In this document: piece after piece, positions 33,550 to 45,900 of the stretch
Numbering within the stretch: the first letter of the stretch is position 1
Layout: each line of letters opens with the position of its first letter
Assembly: GCA_963575745.1 (NCBI GenBank)
Contig: CAUYUJ010000079.1
Span: 62,001 to 118,648 of the forward strand
Reading direction: 5' to 3'
Source: Prorocentrum cordatum
Taxonomy: Eukaryota
Length of the DNA: 56,648 nucleotides
Program-made: the position numbers and the translations under genes
The notes under the pieces: model-generated
What the model was told of the DNA's origin: nothing
Seen by the model: the letters and a program-made list of their open reading frames with translations, nothing else
The model's database searches: none

Positions 33550-36500
33550 GAGGGCGATCCAGCCGACCGCACCCTCAGCTTGTGGTAAAGTTTGAAAGCC
33601 AGTGCGAAAAGGATAGCTGCGCGCTCCCGCGAGGTCTCCCCCGTGTACTAGTGTTCCTGACCGAGACCCAGACCCGCGATGACCGAGTTTGGGAGCAAGG
33701 AGCGAGGTTAGGGCAGGAGAGGCAATGTGAAATCGGATCCCCCGCCCCCCTCCCCTTTCCCCCTTTTGCACCCAAAAACGAACCACCCCCGCTGGCCCAG
33801 GATGTGCATTCTGCGGGTGGTGATCCACCCGCCCGGAAGGGTTTTGAGGACGGACCAAAAGACGGTCGGGCGCGTTTTCGCCAGGATCGCACGCAGCTCG
33901 GACCATCGAGGGGCCAGGGGCGGGGCCTGAATCGTCGGGAACCAGGCTCTCGCGCGCTTCTGCAGGGTCAGGCTCTCGGGTGGGCGGAGGGGGGCACGAG
34001 TGTAAACGGCTTGCCACTTCGGGCGTTTTTGAAGCATGTCGGCGAGGGCGGCTGCTTGATTGGCCTCGGCAGCCGCGGAGCGCTGGGGACCAGAGGGGGC
34101 ATTCGGGAGCGCGACCGAAAAGAGACGGGCGCGCAGGAAATGCACGATGCTCTGGTCGCGCCAGGACGGCGGGGACCCAAGCTGCTGGACGTGGCGAACG
34201 ACGGCGTTGCCCGACCACGAGACTTCAGACAGCTCGCCGTGTCAGGCTTGAAAGTTGGAAATCGCGGCGCGCGCCGTGCGCCAGCTGTTCGCCGCAGAGT
34301 AGGCGGCCCTCGACGTCGGGGCCGAGCGCGGCGCCCACGCGCGCAGCGACCAAACATCGGTGCCCGTCATCGAGCACGGCGGCAGCTTGAGGAGCTGGCG
34401 AATGCAGCGCGGCTCCTTCGCGAGCAACGTTTTTGGCGGCAAGTAAAACTACGCCGCGTAGCCTGGGGCGGGGAGAATCGCGACTTGGCACAGGCGGAGC
34501 GAGGAGCCAGGAGGAGAGTCGGAGGCCGAGGTCATCAGGATTCTCTCTCCCGCCACTTCTGCATGCACGCCGCCCATTGCTGGTCGTTAGCGGCGTCGGG
34601 GCCCAGAAAAAAACGCCAAGGTATTTGGCGGGGCCTGCGATGAGAAAGGATTGCCATTCCGGGGCCAGCTGGCGCAGCATCGCGCGCGCTGCGCTACATA
34701 GTCTGCGCACTGGGCCCACGAGGGGGCGATCGCGCATTTCAGGGGGCGAAGGCGAGGCGAGGCGAGGCGAGGCTCGAGGCCGAGGCGAAGGCGGGGCAGA
34801 GCGAGGAGAGGCGCGTGAACTTGGCCAGGACAGCGCCGAGATCATCTGCACATCAACCAATCGAGGCCTCGCGAGGGTCAGGTGGGAGCGCCGGCCCCAG
34901 CGAACGAGTGATGGGAGCGCCGGCCCCAGCGATGCCCCGCTGAGCGGGCATCCTTGCATGGCCCCCGAATTGATTGATCCTCGGCAGCGGGGCAACCTCG
35001 TCGCGAACGCGCGTCGAGGCCAGCGCAAGCGAATCAGAGGCCGCGAATCGCAGCGAGGTGCCCTGGCGGTAACCCCATGCGCGCGAGCACCGCGGACAGC
35101 CACGTGCGATTCATGCTTGGGAACGCTGCTTTGATGTCAAAGGCGACAAAGAGCGGGAGACGGCAGTCGGCCTGTCCATGCTATCCGACCGCTCACGCTC
35201 GCGCGCCTAGCTTGGTAATGTTCTGGCAAAAACTGCGACCGCGAGTGAACCCCCGTTGGGTTTCGTGGACCCTGATCTGCGCTAGCTTACTGAGCGGCGA
35301 GCGGCTAGTTAATGGCCGAGGCGAACGCCTTGGCGCTGCAGTTCTTCAAAGGGAGCGGTCTGGCCCCCGACGCGTCGCGAAGGCAGTCGAGAGCATCGCC
35401 TGGTTTGTCGCCCTCCTGCGGGAACACGAATATGGAATGATTGAAGGGGGGGGCCAGGAAGGGCGCTGAAGAGGCGAAGGAAGACGGGGTAGAGGGACTC
35501 CATGGTGGCAGGAACCGCCAGCAAAGCTTGATATGGAAGCCGATCCAGGCCAGGCGCTGACTTCCGACTCCGCTTGAACGATTGAGACAGGGCTGCGAGC
35601 GACGGGATTGGCAGGTGAGCGACTGGGAAATACGGTGAGACCCTGCTCAGAAAGGCGTCGATTTCGTCCCTGGAAACGCGTTTATCCGAGAAGATCGGGG
35701 CCCAGTGATGCCGGGGTGCGCGGGCCGCTTGCTCCGGCTCTCTGGCCACCGGGCGCAGATTGGCCCCGCCTCCGATGGCGCGCGGACGCTGCGCAATCTG
35801 ATCGGCGGCGATGCCGCGCGAGGGAGGCGCTTTGAAAAAGGCGCTGGAAGCGCGGCGCGACGCTGCAGCGCGCGTCGAATACGCCGCTGCTCCTCCAGAG
35901 TCGGCTGGCCATTCGCGCGGGGCGCGCGGTGAGGCGCTGGGTGCTGCTCGCGCGCGTACCGCGCTTGGTTGTTGCGGACGACGGCGTTTCGAAACCCAAT
36001 CGAATCGCGCAGCTGCGGGGGGGGGGGGGGGGGGGGGCGACGCGCCCGCGAATATCTGCCCACGCTCTGCGGTGGCAACTAAACGGCGGGCGGCAGGCAG
36101 ATCGGCGCGCCAAGTCGCGCGGGCAATCGCCCTGAGCGCGAGGCGCCTGGTCTCCAGCGCGCGTCGCCTGCGCCGAGCGGGGGGCGCTGGAGCTCGTTGC
36201 GGGCGAGCTCGGCAGCCAGGGTCATGCTTTGCTCAGTGACGTCGCGTCGGCGAAGGTCCGCCATGGTGCCCAGCTCTGCCTCGCTGAGCATCTTCGCGAG
36301 GAAGGACTTGTACTGCTCGGGGCGAAAGACGAAGTCGGCGATCGGGCGCTGGCCCTTCTCTTGTGGCTGGCGAGTCTCGATCGCGAGCTTGGCGATGGCG
36401 TGGTCACTGAGGCGCCTGTCCTAGAGTGGCGACGAGTCCTGCGCGATGTTGAGCTCGCAGCGCAGGCGCGGGATGAAAGGGGGCAGGAATGGCAGCGAAG

Positions 36501-37193
36501 ACCGATCGTGGTGCCCGCCTGGTGACGCTTTGAGGAATAAGTCGGGATGTCGGAGCTGGCGCCAGAAGCTCTGGTTCTGCCGGAAGCGGACCTCGACGGT
36601 CTGGCGGCGCTGGCCGGCCTGAGGGACGAGGTGCGACTGCGAGGGCTCGTCGGAGAAGTTGAAGTCACCCATGGCGAGGAACGCGAGGCGGGGCGGGGCG
36701 CTGTTGGACCGCTGCGCGTGGGTGGCCCGCTCGTCGCGGAGCTTGATCTTCTGGGCGTCGCTGAGGTCGTCGTTGTGCGCGTTGAGGGCGCGGATCTCGC
36801 GGTCGGCGCTGCGGTTGGTGATCGCGATGAGCTGTGGGCGGCCGTCGACGACGATGCGGGGCGCGACGACGGGCTTGAAGAAGGACGGGGAGCAGCCAGC
36901 AGCAGCATCTTTGCGAAGCTGTTCCCTTTCCGCACGCGCGAGACCAGGTGCGGGGGCGGCGAGGCCACCGGCGCCCCGAGTCTCGCAGCCCCGAAAGTTG
37001 CCGCGGTTGGAGGCCGAGGAGGGAGAGCGCGCCAGCATGGTCTCCAGCTCAGCCTGCGAGCCGTGGCACTCCTGGATGAGGACGAGGGCCCGCGGGCGCA
37101 GGGCGTTCTGCAGCTTCCGAAACTTGAGGCGGCATCGTCTGGGTTGGGGCAGTGAGGCCCACGCGCGTTCCAGGAGGCGATCTGCAGAGGCAT
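33550..37193 (-). pseudogene. Element C ORF2 (APE endonuclease + reverse transcriptase), multiply frameshifted
   Basis: APE motifs MPLQIASWNARG, ALNAHN, MGDFNF, SDHA. RT motifs SAPGLDRLPY, RPLSLKN, QRGFTRGR, FDIKAAFPS, QGCPLSG, CADDLG (~34836-34853), KYLGV. C-terminal GWITTRRMH..ISHCLSCP. Confidence 0.85.
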
Positions 37194-37229
37194 TGTGCTC
37201 GGTGGCCTCCCACGGGGCCCAGTTGCTGT

Positions 37230-38699
37230 TGAGTGGGCCACGCCGAGGTGTCGATCGAGACGCAAGAGGCCTCGAATCTCTGCTTGACCATCTCCTCGTT
37301 GATGCCCATGGACGCGACCGCCGCGGGGCCCCGGTTGAGCTTGGAATGCTCGTGGAGGCCCTGCGGCTGGATCTCCACGATCGGCAATTGCGCCCGACTG
37401 TGCGATGCCCGACTGGGGCAGCGTCTTGAAGGTGACGTCAGGGTACTGCTCGCGCAGGATGCCCGCGACGCGCTTGGTCTGAAGCTCCTTGCGAACCTAC
37501 ATGGGCGACTTGTCGGCGGAGACGTAGAGCGGCGCGGCGGCGCCCTGGGCGTTGGGGGCCGAGAGCGCGCGCCATCTGCCACCGATAAGCTCAAGGGCGC
37601 GAGCGAGAGCGAGTGCGCGGGGCCGAGCGACTTCAGGTCCGCCACGAATGTGCACATGAAAGCGGCGAGCGGGGGCATCCTCGAGTAGTTGCACACGTTC
37701 GGCAGTGAGCTGGGCGTCCTGCATCCAGGGATCGAGGGCGCGACGTGCTTCAACAGGTTGGATGTTGCTCGGGGCGCCGATCTGGAAGAGGCACGGGTCC
37801 GGTTCGCGCTCGTAGTCCGCGAGGTTGGCGAGGTCGACGGAAGGGATTTGTTGCGCTTCTGCAAGAGAGACTGCTTGTTCGAGGCGGCGTGCGGCTTGGC
37901 CAAGATCTTCTTGCCGCGAGGCTTCTTCATCTTGGAGGCGGCGAATTTGTCGAAGGTCACGTTCTGCTTGTTCAATGCGGGCTTGCTGCGGGGCGTACTG
38001 CTGCTCGATGGTTGCGCGAAGATCATGTTGGACATTTTCCCAGGTCGTGTCGAAGAGGTTGCGGAGCTGTGAGGTGGACATGGTAAACTGCGCGTTGACC
38101 ACGCTCTCACTGGCAGCAGAGAGTCCAGCTGGTGCAGAACCTCCAGGAAGCTGTGGAAGCTGTGGGGGAGGCCCTGGGAGAACAGCTGCTGGGCGTTGCT
38201 GTCGTGGTGGTCGCGGTTCCGCGGGTCGCTCGGCAGCGGCTGCTGCAGCGTGCTGTGGAAGAGCTGGATGCGGCGCAGCGTCTGCTCGAAGTTCTTGTGA
38301 CGGAAACGTTGGGGCCACCTCGAGTTCGGCAGCGAGGCAAGCAGCGTCTTCCTGATCCATGGGGAGATCATGAGCGGCGCCTTGAAGAAGAGCAGATCCG
38401 GGGGCCTCACGGTCACGGGTTCCGCCGGATCCTGCAGATCGTCCCGGTCGCGAGGCACTGGTTGCTGTGGAGCGTCCCGATTGCCAAGGGTCTCGTCGTT
38501 GTAAAGGGTCACGTCTGTCTGAGCGATCACGGTCTCTGTCGCGGTCGTCGCGTCGTCGTTCACGTTCGCGTTTTTCCTCACGGCGTTTGGTTTGCCGAGC
38601 GCCGCTGCGTCGAGCACCGCCTCCTTCCGCCGATACCCCGCCACTTTTGGAGGCACGAGAACCTGTTGCAAGGGAACCGTCCGAGCTAGAAGATGACAT
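37230..38699 (-). pseudogene. Element C ORF1 (R/D-rich N-terminus, coiled coil), interrupted by TAG at 37497
   Basis: ~400-aa ORF from ATG 38699 with a heptad-like QQARIEQAERDLRQIRRLQ segment. Lies between the SL and ORF2. Confidence 0.6.
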
Positions 38700-38986
38700 A
38701 GTGACGGGTCGAAGAAGCACTGTTAACTGGCGGCGACGGCCTGTTGATAGGTGCTGAGATAGGCGGAGAAGAGCACGTAGGCGGCAACGAGAAGGATGGC
38801 GCTGGGCTGGGCCTGCAGCGAAAGCGGTGTGCCAGGGGCGCGAGGCTCAGTCCTGGGCTTTGATACGGAAGTGCCAGGGGCGCGAGGCTCAGTGCGAGGC
38901 TCAGTCCTGAGCTTGAGTCTGGAAAGGATCGCGCTGAGGAGTTTCTGAAATACCCCGCGAAGGCAGTGAAAAAGACGCCAATGGCC

Positions 38987-39008
38987 CTTGAGCCAAAATG
39001 GCTACGGA
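38987..39008 (-). other. Perfect genomic copy of the dinoflagellate spliced leader (DinoSL)
   Basis: Reverse complement is TCCGTAGCCATTTTGGCTCAAG, a 22/22 match to DCCGTAGCCATTTTGGCTCAAG. Confidence 0.95.
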
Positions 39009-39932
39009 ATGATGATCATGATGACGTGATGATGAGGAGGAAGAGGAAGAGGAGGAAGACGAGGAGCAGGCGGAGGAGGAGGGAGGAAGAGGAGGAGGAA
39101 AAAGAGGAGGAAGAGGAGGAGGAGGAGGAGGAGGAACAGGACCAGGAGAAGGAGGAAGCCGAACGAGCCGAATGAGACAATGCGGCATGCCCCCTCGCTT
39201 GCCGTGAAGGGGGTCGATCCCCCCTCGGCGCCTGCAGCCGCAGACGGCGCCAAGACGTGTCCCCTGGATCCCCGCCTCCGCCCGAGCGCAGGGGAGGCCG
39301 AACCCAGGGGCGGCACCGAGGCGGGACCGCCCCCCCCCCCCCGGAGCCCACTCACCCTTCCCTGAGCTGCCCCGCTACGCAACACGCAAAACACGTAGCG
39401 TATTGATACGGAGCTCAGCCCGTAGGCCGAAAACGAGGGTCCGATGCGATACGTTCGCAAAAAAACGAGGTCCAACATATGGAGCCAACACGCAGCGCAT
39501 TGACACGGACGTCTTGAGTACGATACGTGTTGCGTATCGAAACGTGCGCATCGAGGCAGCTAAGACCCTTCCTGCTTCTTCTCCTCAAGCCACGCGCGGC
39601 CAGACCACAGAGTCCGGACCACGACCAACTCAGTCTGGCAGATGAGGGGGACAATGCAGAAAGGTTCACAAGCGCCGCCGCGAAGCCCGCCGGACCCCCG
39701 ACCAACTCCGCGCAAATCGAAAAGCAAAACGAGTTCCAGCCCTTCACCACGTCGGTGGCCTTGCAAGCTGGGGCAGCCTGGATGTCCTGCTTCATTGACT
39801 CCCAGGCTTCTGCACACCGCGGTCAGCAAGGGTGGCAACAGGAACGGCCCACAAAGCCATCGCTCCCGCGGGCTGCGCCGCTTCCAATCGCGCCCGCGGA
39901 ACCCTGGGCGCTGAGCTCCGAAGGGAAGCGGC

Positions 39933-40986
39933 TAGGAGGAGGAGGGAGGAGGAGGAGGAGGAGGAGGAGGAGGAGGAGGAGGAGGAGGAGGAGGAGGAGA
40001 GGAGGAAGAGGAAGAGGATGTGGAGGAGGAGGAGGAGGAGGAGGAGGAGGAGGAGGAGGAGGAGGGGGAGAAGGAGGAGGAGGAGGAGGAGGAGGAGGAG
40101 GAGGAGGAGGAGGAGGAGGCAGGCAGCACAACCCGGGCGGGAACCTCGCCAGGAGCGACGCCAGCGGCGCGGACGGCAGCGGCAGCTGCTCCTCCGAGGT
40201 GGATCGATCGAGGATCGAGGATTGGGAACCTCCTCGTCCCTGCCTCTGTGCCTCGCTGCCTCACTTCTGCCTCAGCCTCTCCTCCTTCTGCTCCTCCTCC
40301 TTCCTTCTCTCCATCCCTGCCTCCCTCCTCCACCCTCCTCATCCTCCCTCATCCTCCCTCCCTCCCTCCCTCCCTCCCTCCCTCGCTCCCCCTCCCCCTT
40401 CGTCATTCGCTCCTCCTCCCTCCTCCCTCCTCGGGCGAAATATCTCACAGAGCATCGCCAGCTGGGCGGCAGGGCTGCGTTTTAGGAGGAGGAGGGGGAG
40501 GAGGAGGAGGAGGAGGAGGAGGAGGAGGAGGAGGAGGAGGAGGAGGATGAGGAGGAGGAGGAGGAGGAGAAGGAGGAGGAGGCTGAGAAAACGAACGTAT
40601 GAAGGGGACGTCCTGTCTGATCATCAACCTCGCCCTCCTGTAGGGGGGGGGGGCCGTCGGGCGTCCTGCCTGGTTGTCCAGGAGCAGGATCGCCAAGTGG
40701 TCGGCGGCGGTAAGCGGAGCCGCTGTTTAGGAGGAGGAGGAGGAGGAGGAGGAGAAGGAGGAGGAGGAAGGAGGAAGGAGGAGGAGGAGGAGAGGAGGAG
40801 GAGGAAGGAGGAGGAGGAGAGAAGGAGGAGGAGGAGGAGGAGGAGGAGGAGGAGTGGAGGAGGAGGAGGGGGAGGAGGAGGAGAGGAGGAGGAGGAGGAG
40901 GGGAGAGGAGGGGGAGGAGGAGGAGGGCGGAGGAGCGGGAGGAGGAGGAGGAGGAGGAGGAGGAGGAGGAGGAGGAGGAGGAGGAG
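39933..40986. repeat. Cluster of (GAG)n / (CTC)n arrays
   Basis: Seen directly, with short unique spacers between arrays. Confidence 0.9.
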
Positions 40987-42471
40987 GGCGCGCGGCTCGG
41001 CGCGGTCCGCTCGCCGAGATGGGCAAGCGGCTGGCAGTGACAGCGCAAGCAGCACCAGCTGCCAGGAAGAGCCGCAGGGCGAAGCTGCGTTACCAGAAAA
41101 AACAGAACGTGCCGCAAGGCGAATCAGCTTGTATCGTCATTGCGCGGCCCAACCCATGGGTGGTTCCGTAGGCCCTGGACCTCCTCTAGGCCAATCCCAG
41201 ACTCCACTCGGTCAAAGCATCTGGGGTCAGGTATCGTTCCATAAGTGGTGGCGTGAGCCTCGCTCCCTGTACGGTGCTCCTGGTTCCTCTTCATGGCATG
41301 GGTATGGGCGCACTGCGAATGTCCCAGGCTTGATCTCTTCTTGTGCTCCCTCTTGCACTTTTCGGAGCGGATTCGTGCTACCTAGGTCGCGTAACTTCGC
41401 TATTCGCGCTCCACGATGCGCGTGGTGCAATAATCGTCGTGCCCTGGAGGGCTGGAAAGCGGCACCAACACCAACACAAGGGGGTGCCTCCACCGGGGAA
41501 AGATTATCCTATATACTGCGGTGCGGGTGATCATAGTTCGGCCACCCAAGAAGCCAGAATCTGACCTCCACTATCGAGATTAAGATCAAGCCCCCCTCGG
41601 CGGAGGCAATTGCCGACATTGGTATTCAGATGGTCCTCTAAATTCTGGCTCTGGTGGTCATAGTTCGTCCGCCTAAGAAGCCATACTATTACAACCATTA
41701 ACGAGATCGGGAGGCTTTGTTTTTCTTAAAAGAAGAAGGTCGAAGAAGAGGGCGGCCGCAACACCTCCCGAGTAACCGTGCACTCTGTGGTCAAAGCGGC
41801 CGAGACTCTCGAGTGGCATGACTTGCAGCAGCATCCCGACGTGAAAAAAACACTGGTGAGAAGAGGAGAGCGGAAAAGGAGGAGGAGGAGCAGGAGGAGG
41901 AGGAGGAGGAGGACGAGTAAGTATCGAGGTAGAGACAACCGCCAATACTGCGGTGGGTGATTCCCAGACATCTGACGTGCCATTTTTTCAGCGCGGTGAG
42001 AGTATTGGACAAGGGACCATGAGATAAGGAACCTAGAATCTGGACGACAGCGGGCACCAGATGAGGCTTGGCCATGGACATCGCCGCCGCCCTCATCAGG
42101 CAGGGAATCCCCCAGGGGCTGAAGCCTACACGTTCCTCAACGAACGCCCCCGCCGTGCGGGTTCCCTGGAATGTCGGACCCTCTCCTGGGGAAGCGACAA
42201 GATACCGATACCGTTACTCCCCAGACCTCTCCCGGGGTGCGTTTCACCAACAATTTCGAGGCGAATCCAGCGGTGGCGGCGAGGGCCTCCCAGGAGGCCC
42301 CCAAAGGAAAGAAACGGGCGACGGGCAGAGGTGCGGGCCAGTACCGTTTTTCCTCCTCTGGGCAGTTCCCGAACGAACGCTCCCCCCGTGGCGGGGTCAC
42401 CTGGGAGGTCGGACCCTTCTGCCAGGGAGCTAGTTTTTCGCTCCGAGGCGCCTGCTGGAGGAGGAGGAGGA

Positions 42472-42618
42472 GGCTGAAATCGACGCTGTCATCCCCGTCT
42501 TATGCTGTGTTATATTGCTCTCTTCTCTCGTGCATGACCGCAACCGTTTTGGTTTACAGAGCTCTTGAGTTTACGGGCACCATTCCCCAATCCCCCGACG
42601 GTGGCGGCCGTCAGTTGA
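42472..42618 (+). repeat. 5' LTR of element B (termini eroded)
   Basis: Matches 47718-47870 with about 7 substitutions and a 4-bp indel. Lacks the terminal TG and CA. Confidence 0.9.
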
Positions 42619-42630
42619 TGGTAGCGGAGC
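42619..42630 (+). promoter_or_regulatory. Primer-binding site (initiator tRNA-Met-like) of element B
   Basis: TGGTAGCGGAGC directly after the LTR; same pattern as iMet PBSs such as TGGTATCAGAGC. Confidence 0.75.
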
Positions 42631-42913
42631 GGACCGGTTCGCCGTGGTCCACTCCCGCCTCCGCGGCTCGCGGAGGACTGCATATCGAGCCCTGTGGGTA
42701 GGGCTGCTGGCCAGGCCTGCAGGGAGCGGGAGCACCACGGCGCGGGTTGTGGCGGACCCGCAAGAGCTGGACCACCTGGGCGGAGTCCAGCGAAGCTGGC
42801 AACACGGCAAGACTGTGTGTGCATCATTCCGGCAGCGCGGCACGGCCGCGTGTGCACTCGCGAGCTTGATCACGGCTGCTCTGACAACGAGCAGAACCGC
42901 TGCAACTCCGAGC

Positions 42914-45900
42914 ATGGGGAGAACTTCGAGGCTCGCCTTCGAGAAGGACATCCCGCTCTACGACGGCGACCCATCGTTGTTCGAAGGATACCAAGAGCGG
43001 GCCAAGGACGCCGTCTACGGTCGCATGGGCGACGAGAAGCAGATTGCGACGCCGATCAACCTGCGCAACGGCCTCTCTGGCACCGCATACGACGCGGTGA
43101 GGTCGCTACAACATCAGGAGCTGCTCACCTTCATCGAGGAGACCGTCGATGCTGGAGGCAAGGGCGGCGGCACGGTGACGCGCAAGAGGGCGACGACACA
43201 GGGCCTGGAGTTACTGCTGAGCACCCTGGGCGAGTCCGTCCTGAGGGAGAGGCCCGTGCGCGCCGCGGAGCTGTTCGACGGCGCTCTGTACGATGGAAGT
43301 GTGTGGCGTGGCTCAGGAGAGAGCATGCAGGAGTAAATTACCAGGCGGACGAAGGCGTTCGACGATCTCGAGAAGGTCTCGCAGGAGACCAGCACCTCAG
43401 ACGATTTGCAGGCGTACATGCTGCTGAAGTTTTCGGGCCAGTCGGATCATGCCAGCATCATCAGCAGCGCAGGCAACAATTACGATAAGGAGGCGTTCGC
43501 GAAGGCGCTGCAGATGCAGCACTCAGGTATTCACGAGCGGGATCGAAACTACAAGAAGGACATCAAGCAAGAGGCGCACCGCTCGGACCCGAAGCCGCAG
43601 CGCTACCAGCAGCAGGGTCAGTACCGCCCCCGCCAGGCGTGGCAGGCAGAGCACGACGACGAGCACGACCACTACGACGACGGCGACCACCGCCAGCTCG
43701 ACCACTGCTACGACGATCAGCCCCCGGAAGATGAGATCTACTTGGGCGAGGAGGAGGCTACGCTCGAGGAGATCGACGAGATGGGTCCGGAGGCGGCGGA
43801 GAGCTTCGCGGCGATCGTGCAGAACAAGCAGAGGTTTCAGCAGGCTCGAGGCGGTGGACGATGCAAGGGGGGTCGCGGACGCGGCAAGGGCGGTGGTCGT
43901 GTCGACGGCAGTTCAAGTTCGAAGGACCGAGCCCAAGGTGGAGGTGCCTCAGGCGACGGCGGTGAGCGACGCGCTCGCATCGAGAAGCTAAAGAGAACCA
44001 CGAGGTGCGCCAGCTGTGGGCAGATCGGCCACTGGCATGGCGACCCCAGTTGCCCGAAGTCATCGCGATCGGCGGCTCCACCTTCGGACAGGCCGAAGAC
44101 TAGCTACTTCAGTTTCAGTGACTTCAACGGCGTGGGCGGCAAGAGCGGCGAGTCCAGGATCGCGGAGGTGTTCGTGGCGGCTGCCTCGCCTTCGGTTACC
44201 TCCGAGCTGGGGGCTCGCCCGAGGCCTAAGGCTAGGCCCTCAGCAAGACGGCCGCGCAGGGCGGCGACGAGACGCTAAGGGACAGCGCGGACGATGGGAA
44301 TAAAGCTGCTGGGCTGCCGAGGAGGCGAGGCCAGGCGTTGCCAATCATGGGGAAGCCATGCGTGCACGCGCTGGCGGCGGACCCCAGGCTCTTCAAGGGC
44401 GCGAACGAGACGCACAGGTACTTGACGTGCCACCGGTGCCTGCCCGACAAGATCGGCATCCACGTGGTCAAGGCGCACAGGACCAGCTGCGAGGAGCTTT
44501 GGAAGTATCTCACGGCATCATTGCTGTTCACGCCGAGAGGCAGGATAATTTTCCCGGTGGAGGCGGCACCGGCGGCGTCTACGAGGGCAGCTTCGTCCTC
44601 TACTTCGACGGGCGCTGCGCGGTCTGGCAAGTACGACCGAAGCGTACCCAAGGCGAAGCTCGCAGCGCAGGAGGTTATCACCAAGAAGGCGATGGAGATC
44701 AAGGCGCCGTCCGACGACGAGGAGTGGGACGCGCTCCCGACCGCCGAGGAGTACCCGCACGAGGAGGACCGACACGATGAGCAAGTGTTCGTGGCCTACC
44801 CGGCGGACTTCGACCAAGACGTCAAGGGCCTCGACATCGAGAATGTCCCCCTCGGCAGCTAGAAGATCAAGGTTGGCAGGTACAGGGGCTACACCTTCGC
44901 GGAGTTCGTGGAGAGTGGCCCCGCGGCCCGTGTGTATGGCAAGCCTCCCATCAGGACGGCGATGGCTAGCGACCAGTCCCGGCTCTCCGTTGACCAGTAC
45001 CGGTTGGCCTGGTTCCTGATCTACCTGATGGCGCTGGGCGAAAGGGACCCCCCGTAGCAGAATGAGGACGGGTCGTTCCAGGTGCTGATGAGCAACGGCT
45101 CCCAGGATGGCGCCGAGGCCTACGGCTCCTGCTCCAGGTATCCTCCTTGCACTGCGGTGCTTGACACAGCTTGCCAGATGACAATGCATGGCGCGCCCTG
45201 GAGGGGCAGGTACGAGGAGGAGCTTCTCTCCAGGAAGCTCAAGACGGCTCCAAGGTCTCAGCAGACCAAGTTCCGAGGAGTCGGCGGGGACGCGCGCAGC
45301 GACACGGTGTATAACATGCCAGCGGGCATCGCCAGAATCCCGTTCGCGATCGAGTCCGCAGAGCTCGATCAGGACGCGCCTCTGCTCATCTCCAAGGACA
45401 CGCAGTCCAAGCTCGGGACGGTCATCGACGCGGCGAATGCGGTCGCCGACTTCACCGAGATCGGCGCTTACAACGTACCCCTCTTCAAGACCAGCGGCGG
45501 CCACCTGGACATCAATCTGCTGGACTTCCCAGACCCAGGGGTCTTCGGTCTGGAGCTTCAAGCCTACATCGCTGAGGACGAGCTCGGCGACGGTTTCGAT
45601 ACGTTGGAGATCCCGGAGGCGGAGGTGGCGATGCAGACGGTCGAGGCGTTGGCGACGGAGATGGCCTTCGAGAACCCCAACGAGATCGACTGGGACAATG
45701 ACGAGTCCATCAGGATGGCCAGCTCGAGGCGCGCGAAGAAGGTAAGGGCCATGCACGACGAGCTGTACACCATCGACTCCTGGTCACTCGACATCATGAT
45801 GGGAACTACTACCAGGAAGAGGCGACTACCCAGGGGGAAGACCATTCTTCTGCGGCCAGTTCGGCCTTACCCTGCTCGCCTCGACTACCTTCGGCTATAA

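Larger units (their letters stand above)
33500..39008 (-). mobile_element. Decayed full-length APE-type non-LTR retrotransposon (LINE-1/Tx1-like; element C)
   Basis: Spliced leader at the 5' end, ORF1, then fragmented APE and RT motifs in the expected order. The 3' boundary is approximate. Confidence 0.85.

Noticed and set aside
38930..39008. SL RNA gene
   Set aside because: The 22-nt leader is followed by GGCCATT, not a GT donor and SL intron. It leads directly into a LINE 5' UTR.
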